From a virus (taxonomy: Duplodnaviria; Caudoviricetes), in IMG/VR virus record IMGVR_UViG_3300028128_000337, positions 1 through 64,000 of that record: 64,000 bases of DNA; one strand, written 5' to 3'. Shown in pieces: positions 9,970-19,748 of the stretch. Position numbers and translations under genes: made by a program. The notes under the pieces were generated by a model. It was not told where the DNA came from. It did not search any database and saw nothing but the letters and a program-made list of their open reading frames with translations. Within the stretch, counting starts at the first letter, position 1, and each line of letters begins with the position of its first letter.

Positions 9970-11714
9970 AAAATCTCCCAGCCTTGTTCCGCCAGATCTG
10001 AAACCTCTTGATCCAGCATGCTTTGTGTCTGACCTCCCACCGTCTCACTATCTATATATATCGGAAGTGTGTTATATCCGGTTGCGTGTTTCTCATCACC
10101 ATACAATGACAAAGTGTCACTGAAATATTTAGTACCATAATCTAATCTCTCAACAATGGCAGGTTTGTTGTTACGATCCACTTCAACTATATCGTAGAAT
10201 TGCTCGGTGATTGCTGTCTCTAATATCATCAACGCCCAGATCAAGCTCATCACTCGATCGTCATTTATATTTGTACCCTTGACAGCCTTCCACGTTCCAT
10301 TAGGATATCGGACGAATGTTTTCAGTTCCTCTAGTGTTTTTTGATCTCTTATCTTCACAGCATACAACTCACTCAACCAATACTTCATGTTCATCACTCC
10401 TTTATATTTGGTGTTTGTATGTGCAATCACCCCTGGTCTCTCAATTTGTTGATTTTTACCTGGTGTGTAATTCACTATATTCTCATAACCGTGCACATTG
10501 AGTAGAGCATCAACCACTTGTGCTCCACAGTTGTTTCTTTCTATCAACGCTGGTGGACTTCCCCATTGCTGTAATATTTCCAACAACTTGGTGGTGAAAT
10601 TATATGGACTGATCTTGTTGTTGTGGTACACAGCCACCTGTTCAATCTCAGTCAAGTCTGTTATATCGAGCACTTGTATCACACTAGCAGCTTCTCCAAC
10701 CCCTTCAGATATATCAACACCTATAGTGTATGTTCGGTTTTCATCTGGTAATGACCAAACATGATAATCACCATCTTCAAATATGTGTCGAGATTCACAT
10801 ATCGTGAGTGATGTTTTTCTCACAAGCTCCTCATCTAACACACTCTCGCCCGTCTCAATGAACTGACAGCCGAATTCTTGATCAAATATCTGTGTGCTCC
10901 CTAGCGATTGTATGGTGTCTTGCTTCCATTTCTCATCTCTACCAGGTATTTCCCACCAATCGATTCTACTGGCACACCAGTTGTTCTTGCCTTTGATAGC
11001 GTTACTATACAAATCATGAAACAAATTACCAGTTCCATTGGGTGTACTGGCTATGAAGATCTTACTCTTTTTACTTGATGATATGATAGGGTATACTGAC
11101 TTCCAAAAACTCTCAACCAAGTGATTGTCAATAAACGCCAGCTCATCTAGTACCAAACAGTTACAACTGTCACCACGACCAGCATCACTGCTCGTGGTGC
11201 TTATACCAATGCTACTACCATTTGTCAATGTCATGCTTGTCTTACCATATTCAACAACTCCCGGTTTCAACCAATTTGGTAATTGCTCATACGCCAATCG
11301 TATGCGTTTGAATATGTTTATTGCGGTTTGCTCTTTATTTGCCACCACAAGTATACGTTGATCGTCACTGAAGCATGCAACCCATAATGTGTAGATAGTC
11401 ATCATGGTCGTCTTACCTACCTGTCGACTTGCTAAAACGATATTGAATCTATTGTCGCGGAGGGCTCGTAAGACTTTTTTTTGACACTTGAACAGTGTTA
11501 TCTTTTCCCGACCACGGTCCAGATTAATGATGGTGAAGAAGTTCTCTGCAAAATACAATAGATTACGTCTACACTTTTTGAGATCCAAAACCATCTCCGG
11601 AGTCCAGTCAAACTCAGCATTACCGGTCGGAAGATTACGGTTGCCCATATACAGGTGTTTGGATTTATCACCATTAAAGTTCATCTGAGGTTGGTGTTTT
11701 GTTGTCATTATCAT
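9966..11714 (-). CDS. Terminase large subunit (gp17-like)
   Basis: Walker A SRQVGKT, Walker B LVLDELAF, ASTPNG, QEFGCQF, RuvC-like GVDISEG and NDDRVMSL; start moved to the ATG just after the late promoter. Confidence 0.97.
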   Translation of the reverse strand: MIMTTKHQPQMNFNGDKSKHLYMGNRNLPTGNAEFDWTPEMVLDLKKCRRNLLYFAENFFTIINLDRGREKITLFKCQKKVLRALRDNRFNIVLASRQVGKTTMMTIYTLWVACFSDDQRILVVANKEQTAINIFKRIRLAYEQLPNWLKPGVVEYGKTSMTLTNGSSIGISTTSSDAGRGDSCNCLVLDELAFIDNHLVESFWKSVYPIISSSKKSKIFIASTPNGTGNLFHDLYSNAIKGKNNWCASRIDWWEIPGRDEKWKQDTIQSLGSTQIFDQEFGCQFIETGESVLDEELVRKTSLTICESRHIFEDGDYHVWSLPDENRTYTIGVDISEGVGEAASVIQVLDITDLTEIEQVAVYHNNKISPYNFTTKLLEILQQWGSPPALIERNNCGAQVVDALLNVHGYENIVNYTPGKNQQIERPGVIAHTNTKYKGVMNMKYWLSELYAVKIRDQKTLEELKTFVRYPNGTWKAVKGTNINDDRVMSLIWALMILETAITEQFYDIVEVDRNNKPAIVERLDYGTKYFSDTLSLYGDEKHATGYNTLPIYIDSETVGGQTQSMLDQEVSDLAEQGWEIL

Positions 11715-11724
11715 TAAGTACTTA
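11715..11724. promoter_or_regulatory. Palindromic bidirectional late promoter TAAGTACTTA
   Basis: Perfect palindrome giving TAAGTA on both strands, between divergent starts ATG 11714 (-) and GTG 11726 (+). Confidence 0.7.
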
Positions 11725-11725
11725 T

Positions 11726-12565
11726 GTGAATGAATCAAAAGACATACAAGGAATAGAGTCGTTATATGGCACTATACTAGAAAACGAGGACAATAAGGTA
11801 TGGAAATCTGGGGATTGTCCGAGCGCGTTAGGGGATTCTGAACATGCACATGACATCAAGCCGGAGGAGCCTTGCTCCACATCAGATGATGAATGTGTGA
11901 CTGGTGGAAAACCTGTGACCCCGGAGAATGACAAGGATAATGCTTACTACATGAACAAGATTAGTGAGAGACTTAAAGAAAACCGAGAAAAATCCGAGAA
12001 AAGTGTCCAGGAGCAGATAAATAATTCTAAAATCATGAGCGACGAACCTAATAACATCTTTGATAAGCTTTATTCAACAATTATGGAGGGAGATGATCCC
12101 TTTGGTGATCTAAACGGTATGGACGACGGTCTCGAAGGAGACGATCTCGATAGCGATGAAGAATTAGATCTTGGTGGTGATGAAGTAACACTTAACTTAC
12201 CACGCGATCTTGCTGAACAATTATGCGACGCTCTAAAGGAGCAGCTCGGAGGAGAAGAGGGAGATGACTCCATGGATGAACTTGGTCTAGATGATGGTGA
12301 AGATGAAATGTTGGGAGATTCTGTTGTGTCACAACCGGATCCTTCTGCTGCACCAGACGGAGTATCAAAATTAACAGGTACCAACAACAAGACTGATGGT
12401 AGTGGGTATTCCGCAGACAGTGGTTCAGCTGATGGTGGTAATATCAAGGAAGATCCTACACCCAAAGAAACCGGTAAAGGTAATTTCGAGAGTGGTAGTC
12501 ACGAGATGGCTGCTAAAAAGGATAACAAAGTTAGCAACCCGAAAACTAAAGCTCTAGGAGATTAA
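11726..12565 (+). CDS. Acidic low-complexity protein, probable prohead core/internal protein; possible nested start at 12035
   Basis: Very D/E/G rich; late promoter; ILE and IME candidate cleavage sites; internal TAAATA at 12018-12023 before in-frame ATG 12035. Confidence 0.5.
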   Translation: MNESKDIQGIESLYGTILENEDNKVWKSGDCPSALGDSEHAHDIKPEEPCSTSDDECVTGGKPVTPENDKDNAYYMNKISERLKENREKSEKSVQEQINNSKIMSDEPNNIFDKLYSTIMEGDDPFGDLNGMDDGLEGDDLDSDEELDLGGDEVTLNLPRDLAEQLCDALKEQLGGEEGDDSMDELGLDDGEDEMLGDSVVSQPDPSAAPDGVSKLTGTNNKTDGSGYSADSGSADGGNIKEDPTPKETGKGNFESGSHEMAAKKDNKVSNPKTKALGD

Positions 12566-12593
12566 AAACAATTTAACCCCCAAATCACAAAAG

Positions 12594-12620
12594 AAGCCGT
12601 TCATTAGAGCGGCTTTTTTT
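12594..12620 (+). terminator. Rho-independent terminator overlapping the next late promoter
   Basis: AAGCCGTTC-atta-GAGCGGCTT then a T run; the last T begins TATAAATA (12620-12627). Confidence 0.85.
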
Positions 12621-12633
12621 ATAAATACACATA

Positions 12634-13023
12634 ATGATGCTATACGAGAAACTGTTTACCAATCATTTGATGTGTGAGTTCAAGGACTTTCAGCAGCAAA
12701 AACGAAGGGCGGCGGAAGAGCCGTGGCATCGGAAAACCAACAAGGGACCGATGGCTAAGAATCAACATCAAGTGGCGGATCGCTACAAGGGTAGGTATAC
12801 CGGAGATGGAGAATTTAAGTTCAGTGGTGAGTTGAATAGCAAGATAGAATCGATCCGAGATGGTTCAAATCAACTGAGAGTATTATCACCCGCGGACATA
12901 CAGTATATAAAGATGAATTACCCTACCGGCTTGTCTAGGGACAAGCCGAGGCAGTTGAGTAACTCTGGTATGATTGTATATTGGGATAATGTTAAACGAG
13001 AGTGGTTTATACGTAAGAGATGA
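12634..13023 (+). CDS. Hypothetical late protein with capsid-targeting-like leader
   Basis: Perfect TATAAATA 6 nt upstream; MMLYEKLFTNHLMCE. Confidence 0.6.
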   Translation: MMLYEKLFTNHLMCEFKDFQQQKRRAAEEPWHRKTNKGPMAKNQHQVADRYKGRYTGDGEFKFSGELNSKIESIRDGSNQLRVLSPADIQYIKMNYPTGLSRDKPRQLSNSGMIVYWDNVKREWFIRKR

Positions 13024-13754
13024 GTGAGATTGATGATATATTTCGACAGAATGTTGGTTTCCGTTTTCTAGACAAGCAGAACAATTGTAATGAGCGAGAT
13101 AACTATAGAAAGTGGTGGTTAGAGCAGATATATCAGTACGGTACTATAGTGGATTACTATGTTAATAGCACTACACTAGACACTATGGACCCTTTGTATG
13201 GTGAAGAACCTACACAAAAATTTAACATGCCGCGTAAGATGATCTTCGCCATCTCCTTAAATGAGAATGCAGTGGTGTTACAGAAGTTTGGGTTGATGAG
13301 TGATGATGAATTGACCGGGTTTATACCTATAGAAAGCTACAATCTCGCGATGAGCTCTCAAGAGGTACCTTATGCTGAACCAAAAGCTGGAGATGTTATA
13401 GAGTTGTCAGAGTTCGGTAGCTCACGACCAGGTGAAAGAGGGGCTAAGAAATTTGAAATTACCGAAAGGTTGGATCAAGATGTGCAGCAGTTGAACCCTC
13501 TTCTTGGTCATTATGTTTGGTTGATCAAGGCTAAACGATTCGATTACAGTTACGAGTCTGGTATTACAGTTGAACCGGGACTCAATCAACCAACTGATGA
13601 CACATATCATGGTGGTTTGAGCGCTGATGGTGACACACAACTTGAGAGTGATCCGATATTCTTTAACGACGTGGATCGTGAGTCACGTAATATATTTGAT
13701 TATAGTGTGTATGGTGACTACGATGATATTTATGGTGGTTATGATGACGACTAG
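13020..13754 (+). CDS. Neck protein (gp14-like)
   Basis: EQIYQYGTIVDYY...DPLYGEE...LQKFGLMSDDELT...PKAGDVI...FEIT...LGHYVWLIKAKRFDYSYE. Confidence 0.85.
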   Translation: MSEIDDIFRQNVGFRFLDKQNNCNERDNYRKWWLEQIYQYGTIVDYYVNSTTLDTMDPLYGEEPTQKFNMPRKMIFAISLNENAVVLQKFGLMSDDELTGFIPIESYNLAMSSQEVPYAEPKAGDVIELSEFGSSRPGERGAKKFEITERLDQDVQQLNPLLGHYVWLIKAKRFDYSYESGITVEPGLNQPTDDTYHGGLSADGDTQLESDPIFFNDVDRESRNIFDYSVYGDYDDIYGGYDDD

Positions 13755-14077
13755 TCGGTTGATGTGTATGCATCAGTGTAGTCTGGTACCTGCTCACCTC
13801 TGAGCTCTGAGATGAAGTTTTCCGCGATTGATACATTATCAAATGGTAGTACTAATCTCACACCGGCATTGTCCGTAAATGTGTACATCACACTCTCGTC
13901 TTGCTTGTGAATACGTGTCAATGTGTATGTGACTCCAGGAGATAGTTTTGATTTAATCTCTGTAAATTTTGATCTACCGGAGCTAGCAGCTCTCAACTGT
14001 TGACTTGTCATCCCCGGCCGGATCTTGCTTACCGTTCGGTTAGATGATGTGATTTGTGTGCCTATGATGTAGTGCAT
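13751..14077 (-). CDS. Hypothetical protein
   Basis: Part of a tightly overlapping minus-strand ORF run. Confidence 0.6.
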   Translation of the reverse strand: MHYIIGTQITSSNRTVSKIRPGMTSQQLRAASSGRSKFTEIKSKLSPGVTYTLTRIHKQDESVMYTFTDNAGVRLVLPFDNVSIAENFISELRGEQVPDYTDAYTSTD

Positions 14078-14343
14078 TCTTCTTCCTCAGCAAGATCATC
14101 GATTATCTCGAATAACATACTTTCAGTACGCTCGTCAATATACTTTTGTATTGCTATTGGTTTAACCCAATTGATCGCATCACCCTTGACTCCCATCTGT
14201 TTGCATTTAGTGTCTATTATATCGACAGACTCAATAAGCGAAAGCCATCGAGAGACTTCATATTCGGACATCTCATATGTTGCGTCCTTCTTCGTTGATT
14301 TTAATTTTATCTTACGATCTTTATGTTTTTGTATATCAATCAT
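14062..14343 (-). CDS. Hypothetical protein
   Basis: Overlapping ORF run, protein-like composition. Confidence 0.6.
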   Translation of the reverse strand: MIDIQKHKDRKIKLKSTKKDATYEMSEYEVSRWLSLIESVDIIDTKCKQMGVKGDAINWVKPIAIQKYIDERTESMLFEIIDDLAEEEECTTS

Positions 14344-14764
14344 GAAAGTAGTTTCTTGTTATTTTTAATAAATATCCTAGCAGTGTGGATATCAATATAC
14401 TGTCTAGACCTTTGTCATTGTATTGTGTTAAGCCTTTGTTTATTTGCTGTATGCCAGTGCAAATGTTTTTCAAGTTTCTCTTCTCAAATGTGCTTATATC
14501 AGCAGTCATACAATGATTATATATTATATCATATATATTGCACAACAAATCAATATTGCTCAGATCTTCTCCAACCGCGCAGCTATATCCTTGTTTGTAT
14601 GCTTCACGTGTTTCAAAATCAGTCACATCATTGTAGAACTTATCCACACATTTTTTGAGATCCGCGTACCTCATACGAGCTTCCTCTACTGGTGCTATAT
14701 CAGCAGTGTTATTCTTTTCGGTTGTAATGTTATCGACACTAGTTTTTGAGCTTTTCTGTTGCAT
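14336..14764 (-). CDS. Hypothetical protein
   Basis: Overlapping ORF run. Confidence 0.6.
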   Translation of the reverse strand: MQQKSSKTSVDNITTEKNNTADIAPVEEARMRYADLKKCVDKFYNDVTDFETREAYKQGYSCAVGEDLSNIDLLCNIYDIIYNHCMTADISTFEKRNLKNICTGIQQINKGLTQYNDKGLDSILISTLLGYLLKITRNYFHD

Positions 14765-15182
14765 CTAATTTCTGTTGGTTGTATAGGCTTATCGATATTC
14801 TATCTTTATCTATAATTTCGGTTTTTTGTGCCACTACTATGTCTACATATATTGAGTTAGGTTTATCACAGTGCTCGCACTGGAATACATTCTCATCATT
14901 CATTCTGATCGGTACAAAGTTTGGTTTACCACAATAAGCACAATTCACATTAGCACCTTGTTGTTCATATATTTTTATACGCTCTGTCTCTTCACTCTCT
15001 AGACGGTTTTTAACAACCACTTGTAACATGGTGTTCCACATGTAAAAACCTATTATCTGTATTAAAAATGCACCAGCTCCAATCTTTAACGGAGATGCAT
15101 CAAACACAAAATAACCGGTGGCGGCTATGACACTAGACGCGAACACTGTCAACAACAGTGACATGGTTATGTCACGTATCAT
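14739..15182 (-). CDS. Two-TM membrane protein with C-terminal zinc ribbon
   Basis: Two hydrophobic N-terminal helices; CAYC...CEHC. Confidence 0.65.
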   Translation of the reverse strand: MIRDITMSLLLTVFASSVIAATGYFVFDASPLKIGAGAFLIQIIGFYMWNTMLQVVVKNRLESEETERIKIYEQQGANVNCAYCGKPNFVPIRMNDENVFQCEHCDKPNSIYVDIVVAQKTEIIDKDRISISLYNQQKLDATEKLKN

Positions 15183-15619
15183 GCGTGATCTTCAGGCGCA
15201 CTAGTGCCCACACTTATCTCGTCAATATCACTAGCAACATCTTTAATTGCTGCACAGATAGTGGATAGCTTTTTATGTATTTTTTTTACTGAGTTCATCG
15301 CTTTATCATTATCTTTAATAATACTGAATTTTGTCGATTGGGCAACTTTACTTTTAACTTGTGCAGCATCAACATACAATTGCCCGAGCTGATCGCTCAA
15401 CCCATCTTGCAATGGATATGGTAACCTATTGGGTGCCTTGCCCATCTCATTCTCCCATTCATTAGCTTGCTTCACAAGGTCAAGTAACGTTACTTTACCA
15501 GGCTTGAGGCTCATCGCTGATTGCCCTGCTCCACCACCAACACCTAAATAATTGTTGGATCCGGTTTGTAGGTCCTCAAAAATGGCTTGTTTTTTATCGT
15601 TTTTTTGCTTCATGTTCAT
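15179..15619 (-). CDS. Hypothetical late protein (coiled-coil) with capsid-targeting-like leader
   Basis: TAAGTA just upstream; ...KQAIFE. Confidence 0.6.
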   Translation of the reverse strand: MNMKQKNDKKQAIFEDLQTGSNNYLGVGGGAGQSAMSLKPGKVTLLDLVKQANEWENEMGKAPNRLPYPLQDGLSDQLGQLYVDAAQVKSKVAQSTKFSIIKDNDKAMNSVKKIHKKLSTICAAIKDVASDIDEISVGTSAPEDHA

Positions 15620-15654
15620 AATTACTTATACACAATACATAAATAATTAAGGCT

Positions 15655-16095
15655 ATGAAACTATTTGAATCAAAATTTTTTAACATTCTCGAGGAGGCTC
15701 CAGAAGATTTAACACAACCACCATCTCCGGGGACAGAAGCTGAAGTGGCTGCCGTTCAAGACACCCTCGAACCCACAACAAATCCTGAGGTGATGGACGT
15801 GCCGGATAATCCAGAGATCGCGCTCCGACAGCAACAGAGCCAAAGAACAATATCCACAATAACAACCTGGATAGGTGAGATTGAAAATTTTATAGACTAC
15901 TTGAATGGTACAGATGATGGTTCTATCAACTTCACAATCAATGCTGCTGACTGTGACAGTTTGCTTACTGATATACAGCGTAGTGAGAGTAAGAAAATTT
16001 CTAGACTGGCGCAAGATCTCTCGGGACTGGGTGAGTCATTGAAGCAGTATTTATTACTAGCTAAAAGAAAAGAGTCCGGTGCAGACTCTATTTAA
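15655..16095 (+). CDS. Hypothetical late protein with capsid-targeting-like leader
   Basis: TAAATA upstream; MKLFESKFFNILEE. Confidence 0.65.
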   Translation: MKLFESKFFNILEEAPEDLTQPPSPGTEAEVAAVQDTLEPTTNPEVMDVPDNPEIALRQQQSQRTISTITTWIGEIENFIDYLNGTDDGSINFTINAADCDSLLTDIQRSESKKISRLAQDLSGLGESLKQYLLLAKRKESGADSI

Positions 16096-17104
16096 TTTGT
16101 TTCAATTTAACAAGGCCCTGTAAGCCGCAATACGTGTTATCCAGTAGGTATTTTGTTGACACCTTGTTAAGTTTAAAATGCACGCACATATCATTGATAT
16201 CTTTGAACAGCTTGCCGGTGTCTTGCGGCCAAATAAACACACACTCACCCTGCTTAAGTAAAATATTTGTCTTCAATAAACTCGCACTATCTTGCCACTG
16301 ACTATCCAACACCCATACTGGTTGAGTTAAAAATAATCTCTCCAACTGTGCTCTCTGCGTTGATGTGAGTGTGTTCTGACTCTTCTCTTGTATGCCAGCG
16401 ACAGCCACAGAGTTGCTCACAAAAAAACTGTCTATAGGGCCTTCAGTTATAAATACATGTTCCGCGGAAGTTGACACTTGATCGTAATTGAACAATGACT
16501 TCTCACTATTTTGCTTTGACAAATACTTTGGACGGTTCGGGTCATTCAGTAAATCTCTAGATTGATAGAATATACACCGGTTCTCCCGGTCATTGAATGG
16601 TATTACCAACCGGTTTTTGTGTACCATGTCAGTTATGGTTGTGTATATAGATTTAGGGCGATTGGTAGCCACATTCAACCTTCTCTTAACTATAATCTCC
16701 GCCGCCAGTTTGACTATCTTGTTGTTCTTATAATATTGTAACTGTGTACGATCGAATAAATTTATACAATCTCGAGGTAGATCGGGTGTGAAAGGTATTT
16801 TTTTAGGAGTGACCACCGGAATTCCATATTCATAATCACATTTATCAATCTGCTTACACAATTCACGATAGTTTATGTTCTCTAGTTCCATGACCCAGTC
16901 TCCTGGTTTGCCATACCAACCGCAATTATGACAACATATTACACTATCCTTAGGTACATAGTAACACCGGGATTTTCTTCCCCAGCTCTTACCCTCTCTA
17001 CATATTGGACACCCACCAGTGTAAGTGTTTGTTGATTTTGTATATTTAGGGTAACCTGCGTGTTGATAAAACTTTTGAATTATGTACTCTTCTGGTACTA
17101 TCAT
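16088..17104 (-). CDS. DNA primase (gp61-like)
   Basis: Zinc finger CPIC...CHNCG; RLVIPF; YQSR; PKYL; TOPRIM ITEGPIDSFF; KDINDM. Confidence 0.95.
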   Translation of the reverse strand: MIVPEEYIIQKFYQHAGYPKYTKSTNTYTGGCPICREGKSWGRKSRCYYVPKDSVICCHNCGWYGKPGDWVMELENINYRELCKQIDKCDYEYGIPVVTPKKIPFTPDLPRDCINLFDRTQLQYYKNNKIVKLAAEIIVKRRLNVATNRPKSIYTTITDMVHKNRLVIPFNDRENRCIFYQSRDLLNDPNRPKYLSKQNSEKSLFNYDQVSTSAEHVFITEGPIDSFFVSNSVAVAGIQEKSQNTLTSTQRAQLERLFLTQPVWVLDSQWQDSASLLKTNILLKQGECVFIWPQDTGKLFKDINDMCVHFKLNKVSTKYLLDNTYCGLQGLVKLKQIK

Positions 17105-17110
17105 TCAATC

Positions 17111-17139
17111 ATTATACATGCAACATCAATCTTTAGCAA
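17111..17139 (-). promoter_or_regulatory. Sigma70-type early promoter for primase
   Basis: TTGCTA-17 nt-TATAAT-6 nt-ATG. Confidence 0.8.
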
Positions 17140-17320
17140 CATCTTTACTCTCGATACTGACAATTCCTTTTTTAACAAACCGTCCGGAATCAGGACAATA
17201 CCAATGCGCTTCTGTATATATTTTTCCATCAGACTCTCTTGTTCTGACTTGCGGGCGGATTGGACTTCCAGAGAATGGTGATTGTATTATCACCGGTTGT
17301 ACAAATGGTATTTGATTCAT
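17126..17320 (-). CDS. Small hypothetical protein (degenerate zinc-ribbon-like)
   Basis: SPFSG...YCPDSG; TAAATA upstream. Confidence 0.55.
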   Translation of the reverse strand: MNQIPFVQPVIIQSPFSGSPIRPQVRTRESDGKIYTEAHWYCPDSGRFVKKGIVSIESKDVAKD

Positions 17321-17324
17321 ATAT

Positions 17325-18245
17325 TTACTTATCTAATTGTAGGTTATTTACAATGTTTTGTAATGTATGTACGATGTCAGTTGACGTGAAATCAGCCTTC
17401 CATTCAGATGATTTATTAACGATCTGTTCCATGTTCATCTCCACACACAAGTTGATAAACATATCAAAATCTGGTTGCAGGTCTTGTGTTTTATTATATT
17501 GTTCTTGATATAACTCAACATCTCCGGGGTGTTGTCTGTGGCCTTCAAACAAATCTATCATCTTAAGGTTATTGAAATATGGCTCTAGTTTTTTCTTCCC
17601 TAATGCGCTCACCAATTCATCATCAGTAGTGTACTGCGTGATCCATTTCTTAGCTGTTTTAGGTCCACACTTGACCACACCTGGGAGGTTATCGGACTTG
17701 TCACCCATGAGTGATTTGTATCTCAAGAAATTATCCGGATTCACACCCACCACATTTGCGAAGTTACTCTCACTGATCATCACATCTTTAATAGGACTGT
17801 ACACTATTGTGTTATTGTCCACTAGCTGTAACATATCTTGATCAACACTAACAACAACCGTTTCACCTTGAATCTGCTTAGTTAACCAGGATATAACATC
17901 ATCTGCTTCTAATATACCCGGATACATGTTTTTGACACCAAGTTTTTCTAGCAATTGTGTTGTTACGTCTTCATGACTGAACACCTTAGCATTCTTTTCC
18001 GAGTCCCTTGTGCCTTTATATTCAACCTGTTTGTTAAGTCTGCGATAGTTCTTCACGCCACGTTTCAATCTCTTGTCCCAGATGGAATATACATTCGTAC
18101 AATTGAATTTCTTGACATACTTACGTACACTTGTCAAGAAAATATACGATGGTTTTACATTGGTCCTTACATTCTCAGCTACCCATACTGCTCGATGCAG
18201 CAGGTTGCTTGAGTCTATTAATATCGCTTTTGGCTTTTGATTCAT
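17325..18245 (-). CDS. rnh: T4-type RNase H / 5'-3' exonuclease
   Basis: LIDSSNLLHR, YKGTR, EADDVI, SVDQDMLQL, GDKSDNLPGVxKCGPKTA. Confidence 0.93.
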   Translation of the reverse strand: MNQKPKAILIDSSNLLHRAVWVAENVRTNVKPSYIFLTSVRKYVKKFNCTNVYSIWDKRLKRGVKNYRRLNKQVEYKGTRDSEKNAKVFSHEDVTTQLLEKLGVKNMYPGILEADDVISWLTKQIQGETVVVSVDQDMLQLVDNNTIVYSPIKDVMISESNFANVVGVNPDNFLRYKSLMGDKSDNLPGVVKCGPKTAKKWITQYTTDDELVSALGKKKLEPYFNNLKMIDLFEGHRQHPGDVELYQEQYNKTQDLQPDFDMFINLCVEMNMEQIVNKSSEWKADFTSTDIVHTLQNIVNNLQLDK

Positions 18246-18501
18246 TATATTGTGCACAACAGAGTTCATATACATTATGAGGTAATTTTTCAATATAGTC
18301 AACTATTTTATTACTCACTCCTTGATCAAACTCCTTGACCGGTATAGTCGCGATTTGATTCTCTGGTAATATCAAAAAATTCATAGAGTCTTCAATCGTG
18401 TTTATATACACAAAGAAACAACCCTTGTGTGTACCCTCCCGGATAGCAAAAATTTTTCTGCTATGCTTATCCTTGTTTAGATATTTTTGTAAAATATTCA
18501 T
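18175..18501 (-). CDS. Hypothetical protein
   Basis: Overlapping ORF run. Confidence 0.55.
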   Translation of the reverse strand: MNILQKYLNKDKHSRKIFAIREGTHKGCFFVYINTIEDSMNFLILPENQIATIPVKEFDQGVSNKIVDYIEKLPHNVYELCCAQYNESKAKSDINRLKQPAASSSMGS

Positions 18502-19360
18502 GGGACATGGCCCGCGCGCATCTGTCTAAACTCACCTCGGTATTTGGCATAGATAATCCTATTTTAGATATACATGTGGTTGATAACACACAATTTGATC
18601 GGTTTGCCTTTGTATATTTTTTTAATTCTGTAAGGTCAATCGTCGTCCATTTTGGGTTGTTTAGTCCGTGATTTTTCATTATCTCAACAACGCGAGAGGT
18701 CTGCACTGGTTGCGGGTTCACAACATTTAAAACTGCCCCGGGGTGGTTGTTGGATATGTTTTTATTTATATATTTCTCCGTGAACACACACAAGTCTTCT
18801 ATGTTTGTAAGTGAATTTAATTGATCTATTATGTTGTTGTATTTGAGTAACTTGCTCATCACGCTACGATCAGAACCAGTCTCACAGAAAGGCATCCGGA
18901 TACGAAATATATGAGAGTCTGTTCCTTGTAACGATAGCTCTCCTGCATGTTTGGTTTTGCTATACCAGCTGCTATCCTCCGACAACAACCCAAAATTCGG
19001 TAAATCGAATTCATCAAAGGCTTTTTCATAACCATCGTATATACAACCACTAGATATGTGTATGAACTTGACGTCATGTCGGTTGCACGTATCCCCTATC
19101 ATCCCAGGTACCGTTACATTATAATACCAAGTATCATCTCTAGCATGCTCACACGCATCTACATTGGGCTTGCCGGTGTAACCGCTAGCATTTATGACCA
19201 CATCTGGCTTGATATCAAGCAACATGTTAACGAGCCGTGTGTTGTTGGTGTATTCAAGGTCGCTCTTAGAGTAACACAAGACATCATGTTCCGCTATCGA
19301 TCTTAAGTGCTTACATATCGCGGTACCAACGTAACCCTTACCTAATATAACAATTTTCAT
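18467..19360 (-). CDS. NDP-4-keto-6-deoxyglucose 3,5-epimerase/4-reductase (NRS/ER type, RmlD superfamily)
   Basis: GKGYVG; GYTGKPNVDACE; SSGCIY; PNF..SWYSKTK; RIRMPF; NSLT. Confidence 0.85.
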   Translation of the reverse strand: MKIVILGKGYVGTAICKHLRSIAEHDVLCYSKSDLEYTNNTRLVNMLLDIKPDVVINASGYTGKPNVDACEHARDDTWYYNVTVPGMIGDTCNRHDVKFIHISSGCIYDGYEKAFDEFDLPNFGLLSEDSSWYSKTKHAGELSLQGTDSHIFRIRMPFCETGSDRSVMSKLLKYNNIIDQLNSLTNIEDLCVFTEKYINKNISNNHPGAVLNVVNPQPVQTSRVVEIMKNHGLNNPKWTTIDLTELKKYTKANRSNCVLSTTCISKIGLSMPNTEVSLDRCARAMSHEYFTKISKQG

Positions 19361-19743
19361 CAGAACAATTGAGATGGTGACGCTGGTGGATCTATATACT
19401 TAACTAAAAACTTTTGCAACAATGTACCTAGAGCGTCACTGTTTTGTTGTGTTGGTGCATTGACGATCGAAACTGGATCACCATTGACAGAGTAACCTAA
19501 CAACACGAAACAGCTCAGATGTTCCTCAATAAAACCATTGATAACACTAACTTGTTTCTTTGACAAATTTTTCTGTGCTGCATATTCATGTAAGTTGGCT
19601 TCGATGGCTGCTTTTATTTTATTCCGGAATATTTGTTCTGCTAGCTCTTCAGCTGCTGACGCATCATCCTCCTCAACTTTCGGTTTCTTCTTGGGTGTTA
19701 CTTTCTTTTTTGGTTTTTTATCATTCTCCTGTGACATGTACAT
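19360..19743 (-). CDS. Hypothetical protein
   Basis: TAAATA upstream; Lys-rich N-terminus. Confidence 0.6.
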   Translation of the reverse strand: MYMSQENDKKPKKKVTPKKKPKVEEDDASAAEELAEQIFRNKIKAAIEANLHEYAAQKNLSKKQVSVINGFIEEHLSCFVLLGYSVNGDPVSIVNAPTQQNSDALGTLLQKFLVKYIDPPASPSQLF

Positions 19744-19748
19744 AATAT

